From Deltaproteobacteria bacterium (lineage in GTDB: Bacteria > Desulfobacterota > Binatia > UTPRO1), in assembly GCA_016200545.1 (NCBI GenBank), contig JACQEO010000070.1, forward strand, positions 12,663 to 76,662: a DNA stretch of 64,000 nucleotides, written 5' to 3'. This document shows positions 9,441 to 17,403 of the stretch, piece by piece. Made by a program: the position numbers and the translations under genes. The notes under the pieces are model-generated. The model searched no databases, had not been told where the DNA came from, and saw nothing but the letters and a program-made list of their open reading frames with translations. Positions within the stretch are counted from its first letter, which is position 1, and each line of letters begins with the position of its first letter.

Positions 9441-9540
9441 TTCTGCAAGACGGCGTCGTTAATCACCCGAAATTGTGGGTTGAAGGCGCAGGAGGGCACG
9501 AGTACAATTTCCTCGTTTCGCCCCAGAGTTCTGCAAGACG
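9441..9540 (+). repeat. Two copies of CC-AGA-TTCTGCAAGACG, 88 bp apart, in the P2 to kinase intergenic region
   Basis: The 12-mer TTCTGCAAGACG occurs at 9441-9452 and 9529-9540, with further flank identity. The copies lie in different reading frames, so this is a DNA/RNA-level repeat. Confidence 0.5.
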
Positions 9541-9584
9541 TGGGCAGAGCTGCGAAGTCGGTCCAGACTGGCGCAACGACGATC

Positions 9585-10316
9585 ATGACCGCCCACCGCG
9601 AACGACCCCCGATGCGTGCCGAGCAGGCTTCCGGTCAAAGCGTCCCGACCGAGGAGTCATCCGAGCATGGCAGCCTGGTCGTGGTGCAGGAGCGCGTGCT
9701 CGCCGAGATCTCACACGAGCTCGGTAACTTCTTTCACAAGCTCTATTACTGGTCGGATTACATCAAGAGCGACAGCGAGGGTGCGCGGAAAGCCGACTCG
9801 ACCGCCGGACACATGCTCGAGCGGACGATCAGCAATCTCGAGGACTTCCTCAAGGTCGCGCTCGAGTACTTCTATCCGATCCGGCTGAACTTCACGAAGA
9901 CGGGGGTCGGCGAGCTGCTCGACGGCTTCATGACGCATCTGAGTGCGCACCTGAATGGCAACGAGGTCCGCGTCTTCCGCGACGAGATCGGCGAACCCTC
10001 GACGATCCTGATCGATCCCTCCCGCATCTCGCAGGCATTCCGTATTGCGCTCCACCAGGTGCACGAAGACCTGAAGTCGGGCGGCGCCTTGACGGTCACT
10101 CTCGGCAAAGGCAGCCGACGCGACTTCCCGGGACTCGAAATGCGCCTCGAGGTCGAGCCCAAAGTGCCGCCCTCCCCGCTCTTCCGGACGGCGGAGGCAG
10201 GCGTCGAGTGGGCGGTCGCCCACAAGCTGATCGAGATGCACGGCGGCGAGATCGTCGAGCGCTGTGATGCGAATGGGAGGAAGACGGTGCTGATCTTCCT
10301 TCCGCTGTACGTCTAG
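9585..10316 (+). CDS. Soluble histidine-kinase-like protein (DHp plus degenerate catalytic domain)
   Basis: H-box LAEISHELGNFFHKL. C-terminal ...HKLIEMHGGEIV resembles the G2 region, but N and G1 boxes are not recognisable. No TM segments. ATG 9585 is chosen; 9612 or the track start 9480 are alternatives. Confidence 0.6.
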   Translation: MTAHRERPPMRAEQASGQSVPTEESSEHGSLVVVQERVLAEISHELGNFFHKLYYWSDYIKSDSEGARKADSTAGHMLERTISNLEDFLKVALEYFYPIRLNFTKTGVGELLDGFMTHLSAHLNGNEVRVFRDEIGEPSTILIDPSRISQAFRIALHQVHEDLKSGGALTVTLGKGSRRDFPGLEMRLEVEPKVPPSPLFRTAEAGVEWAVAHKLIEMHGGEIVERCDANGRKTVLIFLPLYV

Positions 10317-10324
10317 GAGAGGAC

Positions 10325-11740
10325 ATGGACACGAGGATTTTGATTGTCGATGACGACCCGTTGATCTGCCGTCAGCTCGAAGATCTCTACACCTCACAAC
10401 AGTATCTCGTGAGCAGCGCGGGGAATGCCTCGGAAGCGCTGCGCCTGCTCGGCGAGTACGATTTTTCCTTGGCGGTGGTGGATCTTCGCATTCCAGGGAC
10501 GGACGGCATCGGTCTGACGCGCGAGATCCGCGAGCACTGGCCCGACCTCGACGTGATCATGATCACCGGCTACGCCAGCATCAAAGGCGCCGTCGAGGCG
10601 ATCAAGCAGGGTGCCAGCGACTACATCACCAAGCCGTTCCAGAAGGAGGAGATCCTCCTCGCCACCGAGAAGGTCCTCGAGAAGCGTCGCCTGCTCGACG
10701 AGATCAACTATCTGCGGAACCAGCTCTCCAACCGCTACTCGTTCGCGAATATCGTCAGCCGCAACCGCGTCATGCACGATATCTTCGAGACCATCGAGGT
10801 CCTCGCGCAAAACGATGCGACGGTGCTGATCACGGGCGAGTCCGGTACCGGCAAGGAGCTGGTCGCGCGTGCGATTCACTACCAGGGGAAGCGCAAGTCG
10901 GGCCGGTTCGTCGCGATCAACTGCGCGGCGTTTCCCGATACGCTCCTCGAGAGCGAGCTCTTCGGATACGAACGCGGCGCGTTCACGGGAGCGGTGCACG
11001 ATCGCGTCGGCAAGATCGAGCTCTCGACCGGCGGTACGCTCTTCCTCGACGAAATCGAGAGCATCACGCTGAACATGCAGCTCAAGCTGCTGCGCGTGCT
11101 CGAGGAGCGCGAGGTCGAACGGCTGGGCGGCAATCGCAAGGTGAAGGTCAACATGCGCGTCATCGCGGCGACCAACGTCGAGCTCACCGAACTCGTCGCC
11201 GACGGGCGCATGCGCGAGGACTTCTTCTATCGGATCAACGTCGTGCCGGTGAAGATTCCCCCGCTCCGCGACCGCATCGAGGATATTCCGCTCCTGGTTT
11301 GCGAGTTTCTGCGCAACAGCGAGATGGCTCGCGAGCGTGGCATCACGCGAGTCTCCAACAAAGCGCTCTCCGAGCTCATGGGGTTCAGCTGGCCCGGCAA
11401 CGTGCGCGAGCTCGGCAACGTCCTCGAGCGGGCGATTCTGCGTACGACGGGTCCGGTGATTCGCGAGGTCGATCTTCCCGGCGCCGGCAAGCGCAAGGAC
11501 CTCGAGTCGCTCCGGCGCACCTACGATTACGAGGTGCCCCTCAAGGAGTACTTGCGCCGAGCGGAGAAAGACTATTTGAATCACGTCCTCAGGAAGAACC
11601 GTGGCAGCATCAATCTCAGCGCCAAGCATGCGCTGGTCGACGCGGCGACGCTGCATCGCAAGATGAAGCTGCACGGTCTCGCGCGTGAAGACTTCCGAGG
11701 CCGGGGTCGGAGCGAGCCGGATCAAGCGCTGGTCGGCTGA
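10325..11740 (+). CDS. Sigma-54-dependent response regulator (REC, AAA+ and Fis-type HTH), PrsR/NtrC-like
   Basis: REC domain (ILIVDDD..VVDLRIPGTDG), Walker A GESGTGKE, GAFTGA motif (ESELFGYERGAFTGA), and a C-terminal HTH. Confidence 0.92.
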   Translation: MDTRILIVDDDPLICRQLEDLYTSQQYLVSSAGNASEALRLLGEYDFSLAVVDLRIPGTDGIGLTREIREHWPDLDVIMITGYASIKGAVEAIKQGASDYITKPFQKEEILLATEKVLEKRRLLDEINYLRNQLSNRYSFANIVSRNRVMHDIFETIEVLAQNDATVLITGESGTGKELVARAIHYQGKRKSGRFVAINCAAFPDTLLESELFGYERGAFTGAVHDRVGKIELSTGGTLFLDEIESITLNMQLKLLRVLEEREVERLGGNRKVKVNMRVIAATNVELTELVADGRMREDFFYRINVVPVKIPPLRDRIEDIPLLVCEFLRNSEMARERGITRVSNKALSELMGFSWPGNVRELGNVLERAILRTTGPVIREVDLPGAGKRKDLESLRRTYDYEVPLKEYLRRAEKDYLNHVLRKNRGSINLSAKHALVDAATLHRKMKLHGLAREDFRGRGRSEPDQALVG

Positions 11741-11785
11741 GCCGTCCTCTGCCGCGACGCGGGCTCGCACGCTGGCGGAGGATCG

Positions 11786-13285
11786 ATGTATCTGACGTTC
11801 TTCGGCTTTCGTGAGAAGCCCTTCAATCTCACGCCCGATCCGAAGTTTCTCTACCTGAACGCGAGCTACCGCGAGGCGCTCGCGGCCCTCCGCTACGGCG
11901 TCAACGAACGCAAGGGATTCGTGTCCCTGATCGGCGACGCCGGGACCGGGAAGACGACGCTGCTCCGCCAATTGCTCGGCGAGCTCGGATCGGACGTCCG
12001 CAGCGTCCTGGTCCTCAATCCCGCGATCGGCTTCGACGAACTCCTGGTCTTCATCCTGACCGACCTCGGTCGCGCGCCGGCGCCGGGCACACCGAAGCTA
12101 CGGTTGCTCCAGGCGCTCAACGCCGAGCTGCTGGATACCCTTGCGCGCGGTGGCAACGTCGTCGTGCTGATGGACGAAGCGCAGGATCTCTCCATCCCCG
12201 TTCTGGAGGAGCTGCGGCTGCTCTCGAACCTCGAGACGGCGAAGGAGAAAATTCTACAGTTCGTTCTCGCCGGCCAGCCCGAACTCGACGCGATGCTGGC
12301 GCGCCCCGAGCTCCGCCAGCTCCGTCAGCGTGTCGCGGTGCCGGCGCGCCTGCGGCCGTTGGCGCGCGGCGAGGTCGCGGCGTACGTCGCCGCGCGCGTC
12401 GCGGCCGCCGGCGGCGACGCGCGCGGGCTCTTCACGGGGTCGGCGCTCCGGCAGCTCTATGGGTTCTCGCGCGGCGTTCCGCGTCTGGTGAACGTGGCGT
12501 GCGACAGCGCACTCGTTACCGCATATGCCGCCGGCAGACGGCTTGTCGATCGCAAGATCATGCGGGAGGCCATGAAGGATCTACGCCACGGTCGGTACCA
12601 GCGGCCCATGGCAGCGGTCTGGCGGACGCGGGTGGCGACGGTCGCGATCGCAGGGACGGTCGGCGCGTTGGTGGGCCTCATGGTGTCGCGACGTGCCGTT
12701 GGACCGCTCGTTCTGGGGCGCGTGCCGGCGGCGCCGAGTCCATCGGCCACACGCGCGCTGCTAGCGGCGGCGCCCGCTCCGCGCCCCACAGCGGAGGCCA
12801 CGCCGCCCGGCGAGCTCGCCGACGAAGATCACGGCGCCGCACCCGTGCTGGTGGCACCCCCGTTTCCGGTGCCGGGTACGCTCGTAGTCTCGCTGCCCGT
12901 GATGCCCACTTCCGTGGTTGCCGCCCCCACGGTGGACCGAACGGCGGTGGTCGAACCGCCGCGGCCTCGAGCGCTGGCGTCGCCACGCGTGCCACCTTCC
13001 GAGGGCACCGCCGGCGTCGTCGATGCCGCGGGACCCGCGCCCACGGGCGGCAGCGGCGACGAGCGATGGATCTTCGTGCAAGCGGGAGACGACCTCTCAC
13101 ACATCGCGCGGCGCAACTACGGCCACGTCACGCTGCCGCTGCTGGAGGCCATTCAGCGGGCGAACCCCGCGCTCGTCGATCGCGATCGGTTGAGCATAGG
13201 GCAGGCGATTCTCTTGCCCCCGGATCCACACCCCGCGAGCGCGCCGATGCCGGGCGGAGATGCTACCACCGGCGCCGCCCCGTGA
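11786..13285 (+). CDS. ExeA-like AAA ATPase with TM segment, Pro/Ala-rich linker and C-terminal LysM-like domain (PEP-CTERM-locus secretion ATPase type)
   Basis: MYLTFFGFREKPFNLTPDPKFLY, Walker A GDAGTGKTTLL, Walker B VVLMDEAQ. C-terminus FVQAGDDLSHIARRNYG..IGQAILLP is LysM-like. Confidence 0.85.
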   Translation: MYLTFFGFREKPFNLTPDPKFLYLNASYREALAALRYGVNERKGFVSLIGDAGTGKTTLLRQLLGELGSDVRSVLVLNPAIGFDELLVFILTDLGRAPAPGTPKLRLLQALNAELLDTLARGGNVVVLMDEAQDLSIPVLEELRLLSNLETAKEKILQFVLAGQPELDAMLARPELRQLRQRVAVPARLRPLARGEVAAYVAARVAAAGGDARGLFTGSALRQLYGFSRGVPRLVNVACDSALVTAYAAGRRLVDRKIMREAMKDLRHGRYQRPMAAVWRTRVATVAIAGTVGALVGLMVSRRAVGPLVLGRVPAAPSPSATRALLAAAPAPRPTAEATPPGELADEDHGAAPVLVAPPFPVPGTLVVSLPVMPTSVVAAPTVDRTAVVEPPRPRALASPRVPPSEGTAGVVDAAGPAPTGGSGDERWIFVQAGDDLSHIARRNYGHVTLPLLEAIQRANPALVDRDRLSIGQAILLPPDPHPASAPMPGGDATTGAAP

Positions 13286-13449
13286 GCCCATGACGCCCGC
13301 GCGGGCGAATAGAGCGGTTGCCATGGCATTGCGCGCTGCGGCCGTGCGTCGCTAAGCGCCGAGCGACGCCGCGCTTCCGCATCACCTGCGGACATGGTCG
13401 GGTGACCCGCCTGCACGATGCCGCACAAACGCAAGTACGGCGTGAGGGT

Positions 13450-13461
13450 GGCGGTAGCGAA
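13450..13461 (+). promoter_or_regulatory. ops/JUMPStart-like element GGCGGTAGCGAA
   Basis: The first 10 nt equal the E. coli RfaH ops core GGCGGTAGCG; the final TG is AA. It lies in the 330-nt gap just upstream of the NusG-paralog gene that heads the EPS operon. Relevance outside enterobacteria is unproven. Confidence 0.3.
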
Positions 13462-13584
13462 ATGGGGCGGTGCTAACGCCATGCGATCACGAACGCGGCG
13501 CCTAGGTCCTTGAGTCGCGAGGGGAAACTAAGCCCCAGACGAAGCTGAAAAAGCTGAGAGGTTTCGCGACCCTCCGATCTCCTA

Positions 13585-13600
13585 TGGCATTGAACTTGCT
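13585..13600 (+). promoter_or_regulatory. Sigma-54 (RpoN) promoter, -24/-12 elements
   Basis: TGGCAT-TGAAC-TTGCT is an exact TGGCAY-N5-TTGCW match on the coding strand, directly ahead of the NusG-paralog ORF. The predicted TSS (about 13610) leaves only a very short leader before ATG 13617. Confidence 0.6.
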
Positions 13601-13616
13601 GCCATCCACTGTGCCG

Positions 13617-14126
13617 ATGCCTCCCGTGACCGCCAGTCAGAAAGAATGGTTCGTCCTCCGCAGTAAGCCCCGTAAGGAGGATTGCGCGGTCCGCCATCTC
13701 CTCCGTCGCGGCATCGAGGTGTTCTTTCCTCGCATCCTCGAGCCGGTAGGTATCGGCAGCGGGTGGGCGACCGTCCCACTCTTTCCGGGGTATCTGTTCG
13801 TCGAGATCACGCTGCACCAGGATTTCCATCAGATCATCTGGACGCCGGGTGTGAAGGGGTTCGTCGCCTTCGGAGATATTCCGACGGCGATTCAACCCGG
13901 GGTCGTGCACTTCTTGCGGCAAGAGGGTGGTTCCGACGGCGTAATCCGCCCGACCCGGCGCTTTCATATCGGCGACCGGGTGCAGATCAAGCGCGGTCCG
14001 TTCGCAGGATTGATCGGCATCATCGAAAAGCCGTGTCCCGAACACGGGCGGATTCGGGTCCTGATGGACTTCCTGCGGCACGGTACGGCAGTCGAGGTTC
14101 CAGTCACGGCCATCGGTTTGATGTAG
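13617..14126 (+). CDS. Specialised NusG paralog (NGN plus KOW; RfaH/UpxY/LoaP-like antiterminator)
   Basis: KEWFVLRSKPRKE...PLFPGYLFVE (NGN) and GDRVQIKRGPFAGLIGIIEK (KOW). The track start 13584 lies inside the sigma-54 element, so ATG 13617 (or GTG 13626) is preferred. Confidence 0.8.
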   Translation: MPPVTASQKEWFVLRSKPRKEDCAVRHLLRRGIEVFFPRILEPVGIGSGWATVPLFPGYLFVEITLHQDFHQIIWTPGVKGFVAFGDIPTAIQPGVVHFLRQEGGSDGVIRPTRRFHIGDRVQIKRGPFAGLIGIIEKPCPEHGRIRVLMDFLRHGTAVEVPVTAIGLM

Positions 14127-14264
14127 CGGCAGCCGATGGTTCCGGTTGCACGGTCGCACGCCGACAGCCCCGGAAGATTGGTTGTTGATGAAAGAATACG
14201 AGAGCTTGAGCGGAAACGAACGGCGGAGCTTTATGGAGAGTTCCGCCGCGACGGAGAACACGCG

Positions 14265-14996
14265 ATGACACAGTACCCAAACCCGAGACGCTGGGCGGCC
14301 GACTGCATGGTGGCCATCCTCCTGCTCAGTTTCGCCGGATGCAGCGAAGTCGGCCGCAATCTTCCGCCACCAGGGGAGACGTACGCGCTCACGCAGGCCG
14401 CGGTCACGCGCAGCGACTACCGACTGCAGGCGGGTGATCGACTCAACATCAAGTTTCCCTACCACACCAAGCACAACCAAGAGCTTCCAATCCGACCCGA
14501 CGGCAAGATCACTCTCGAGCCCACCGGCGAGATCATCGCCGAGGGGTTGACCCCGCTCGAGCTCGAGGACCTCATCAAGCAGCGGTCGTCACGCGTGCTC
14601 AAGAATCCCGAGGTCGTCGTCATCGTGACGCAGATCGGCGATCGCCGTGCCTTCGTCGGTGGTGAGGTCGGGCGTCCAGGCTTCGTTGCCGTTCAGGAGG
14701 GCATGACGCCGCTGCAGGCGGTGCTCGCGGCGGGCGGTTTCAAAGATACTGCGCGCAAGGACAGTGTTCTCTACATCGCGCGCGGCGCGACCGGCGCCTA
14801 TCAGGCGAGCCGCGTCGACCTCGACGCCGTCGTCCGCAACGGCGTCGCGGAAACGGTGCGCTTGACCGGAAGCGACGTCGTCTACGTTCCGGCGACACGC
14901 ATCGCCAACCTGGACACGTTCGTCGACCAGTACATCCGCAAGGTAATGCCCGTCGACTCGCGCGCCGGCGCGACAGCACCCATTCCGATTCCCTAA
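14265..14996 (+). CDS. wza: Polysaccharide export outer-membrane lipoprotein (Wza/EpsE-like; Poly_export plus SLBB)
   Basis: In-frame ATG 14265. Lipobox LLLSFAGCS. PDGKITLEPTGEIIAEGLTPLELEDLI and FVGGEVGRPG motifs. Confidence 0.85.
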   Translation: MTQYPNPRRWAADCMVAILLLSFAGCSEVGRNLPPPGETYALTQAAVTRSDYRLQAGDRLNIKFPYHTKHNQELPIRPDGKITLEPTGEIIAEGLTPLELEDLIKQRSSRVLKNPEVVVIVTQIGDRRAFVGGEVGRPGFVAVQEGMTPLQAVLAAGGFKDTARKDSVLYIARGATGAYQASRVDLDAVVRNGVAETVRLTGSDVVYVPATRIANLDTFVDQYIRKVMPVDSRAGATAPIPIP

Positions 14997-15018
14997 CGCC
15001 CGAGTGCCAGGAGGATCC

Positions 15019-16569
15019 GTGAACCCAGAGATCGTCAGGCCGGGCAACGGCAGCGGAAACGGCGCGCCGATCCCATACTACGTGGATCCCGCTCCACAGT
15101 CCGACAGTGCGATCAGCGCCAAGCTGATGTTGTACGCGATCTTCAAGCGTAAGTGGCAAGTGCTGGGCGTTCTCTGCGTAGTCGTGCTCTCGGTCCTCAT
15201 TTCCGCGCTGGTCCGGCCGAAGATTTTCAAGACGGTTGCGAAGCTGATGCTGCGCCCGAGCCGAGCCCAGGTTCAGGTGAGCGCGGGCGACCAACGCGAG
15301 ATCACACTTCCGGTCGCGGCCAGCACGGAGATGATCAACTCCGAGATGGAGATTCTGCGCAGCCAGGAGCTCATGCGGCGCGTGATGGCGCACATGAACG
15401 ACGCCGGCACGCCTATCTTCGGCGCCGACACCACGTTGAGCAAGGGGGAGCAGATCGCCGCGTTGCAGGGGATGGTCACCGTCGCTCCGGCGCCGCAGTC
15501 GAACGTCATCGAGGTCGATCTCTTCTCGCGCAGTGCGGAGAAGGGGCGGGTTCTCCTCAATGCGATCGCGGATGCGTATCTGGCACGGCACGCCGAGCTC
15601 CACGGCAACACCGGCGCCGTCGATTTCTTCGAGAGTCAGAAGGGGACGCTTCGCAACCGCGTCTCGGACGCGGAGGCGCGGCTCGCGGCCTTCGTCGACC
15701 GCGAAGGGCTCGTCCTGCCGGAGGATCAGATCCGGTACGTGCTGAAGGACGCCCGCAGCGGTGGCGATGCGCTCGGCGTGCAGAACTCGAAAATCCGTGG
15801 CCTCGAACAGCGTATCCAGACGTTGCACGAGCAGATGGCGAGCACACCGACCGTCATCGAGAGCCAGGTCGAGCACTTGAACCCGATGACGCAGAGTCTC
15901 GGGCTCGAGCTCTCGAGGAAGGAGGTGGAGCGCACCGCGTTGCTGCAGAACTACACCGAAGAGGATCGGTCGGTCGCGAACCTCACCGCGGAGATAGCTG
16001 CGTTGAGAACGCAGATGGCCACCGAGCGGGACAACACGATTCAGGGGACGTCGCGTACCATCCTCAACCCCATCCGCCAGGATCTCGAGCGGCGCCTCCT
16101 GAGCTCACAGATGAGCCTCGAGGATCTACGCGCGCGCGTTGCGGGCATGTCGGAGAAGATCGATGCGGCGACGATCGAGTCGACGAAGAAGGCGATCGAC
16201 ATGCGGCAGAAGACGATCGAGCTCAGCCGCTTGCAGCAAGAGGTTTCATCCGCGCGCGACGCCTATCAACTCTACGAGAAGAAGCAGGAAGAAGCGCGCA
16301 TCTCGGATGCCCTCGACAGCGATCGATTCTTGAACGTCAGCGTGCTCGAGAGCGCGACGTTGCCGATCGAGCCCTACAACAAGCTGAACCCGCTCGTACT
16401 CTTGGCGGCGTTGATTGCGGGCACCGGTCTCGGGGTGGGTGCGGCGGTCGGACTCGAGTTCCTCGGCCGCAACTTCAAGTTCGAGGAGCAGATCGAGCAG
16501 TACCTCGAGCTGCCCGTCTTCGCCGTGATTCCGGACATGACCGAGGTAGCCGAGACGCAGCACAGCTGA
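15019..16569 (+). CDS. Chain-length determinant protein (Wzz/GumC/EpsF-like polysaccharide co-polymerase)
   Basis: GTG 15019 follows AGGAGG by 4 nt. N-terminal TM (VLGVLCVVVLSVLISALV), a long coiled-coil periplasmic region, and a C-terminal TM (LVLLAALIAGTGLGVGAAVGL). Confidence 0.85.
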   Translation: MNPEIVRPGNGSGNGAPIPYYVDPAPQSDSAISAKLMLYAIFKRKWQVLGVLCVVVLSVLISALVRPKIFKTVAKLMLRPSRAQVQVSAGDQREITLPVAASTEMINSEMEILRSQELMRRVMAHMNDAGTPIFGADTTLSKGEQIAALQGMVTVAPAPQSNVIEVDLFSRSAEKGRVLLNAIADAYLARHAELHGNTGAVDFFESQKGTLRNRVSDAEARLAAFVDREGLVLPEDQIRYVLKDARSGGDALGVQNSKIRGLEQRIQTLHEQMASTPTVIESQVEHLNPMTQSLGLELSRKEVERTALLQNYTEEDRSVANLTAEIAALRTQMATERDNTIQGTSRTILNPIRQDLERRLLSSQMSLEDLRARVAGMSEKIDAATIESTKKAIDMRQKTIELSRLQQEVSSARDAYQLYEKKQEEARISDALDSDRFLNVSVLESATLPIEPYNKLNPLVLLAALIAGTGLGVGAAVGLEFLGRNFKFEEQIEQYLELPVFAVIPDMTEVAETQHS

Positions 16570-16598
16570 GCACGTCGGCAGGCGGAGCGAGAGCATCC

Positions 16599-17396
16599 AT
16601 GAGCAAGATCTATGAGGCGCTGCAAAAAGCGCAGGAGGAGCGTGAGGGCGTCCCTCCGCTCGAATCGGAGCGGGTGCGCCGCCGCGCGTGGTTTCGCTCG
16701 CGCCGATCGCGCGCGACCAACGGCCACCGCACGCACGGATCGTTGCGAATCGATTTCGATCTCGCGCCGGACGTAGAAGAGGCGTATCAGCGACTGGGGA
16801 CGAATCTCCTCGCGCCTTCCAAAGATCCTTCCGTACTCCGCGACCTCATGGTGGTCGCATCCGTTCACGGCGAGGGAACGACGACGACCGCCGCGCTCTA
16901 CGCGTCGACGCTTGCGAAGCGCAAGAAGCTCGACGTCCTCCTGATCGAGGCGAACTTTCGCACGCCCGCGCTCGAACAAGTGTTTCCCATCCAGCGCAAC
17001 GGAGGGTTCGCGGAGCTGATCGCCGGGACGCAGGAGCTCGACCGCGTCGTCCAGGCAACGCCGCAGCCGAATCTCTTCGTGATCACCAGCGGTCACTACG
17101 AGACATCGCCGTCGAACGTTCTCGAAGCGCCGGCCATGTCGGAAGTCCTCGCCCGCCTCCACGAGCGATTCCAGTTCGTCGTTTTCGACTCGGCGCCGGT
17201 GAACGTCTACACCGACGCGCAAATTCTCGGGCCCCGCGTCGACGCGACCGTCTTTGTCATCGAGGCCGATCGCACGCGCATCGACGAGGTCCAACGCGCC
17301 AAGCGGCAGTTGGAGCGCGCGGGCGCCAAGATGATCGGCGTCTTGCTCAACCGGCGCAAGAACTATCTGCCTGGCTTCATGGAAGGCTTGATCTGA
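16599..17396 (+). CDS. BY-kinase-like (CpsD/EpsG-type) P-loop ATPase with degenerate Walker motifs
   Basis: In-frame ATG 16599 (MSKIYEALQKAQ). Walker A region reads SVHGEGTTTTAA (no Lys). Walker A' region reads LLIEANFRTP. Walker B is FVVFDSAP. No C-terminal Tyr cluster. Confidence 0.75.
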   Translation: MSKIYEALQKAQEEREGVPPLESERVRRRAWFRSRRSRATNGHRTHGSLRIDFDLAPDVEEAYQRLGTNLLAPSKDPSVLRDLMVVASVHGEGTTTTAALYASTLAKRKKLDVLLIEANFRTPALEQVFPIQRNGGFAELIAGTQELDRVVQATPQPNLFVITSGHYETSPSNVLEAPAMSEVLARLHERFQFVVFDSAPVNVYTDAQILGPRVDATVFVIEADRTRIDEVQRAKRQLERAGAKMIGVLLNRRKNYLPGFMEGLI

Positions 17397-17403
17397 TCTT
17401 CCG

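Noticed and set aside
13584-13616. ORF-track start (ATG 13584) for the NusG paralog
   Set aside because: The ATG overlaps the first two bases of the TGGCAT -24 element (its first codons run through the promoter match), has no SD, and adds residues not seen in NGN domains. ATG 13617 is preferred, with uncertainty.
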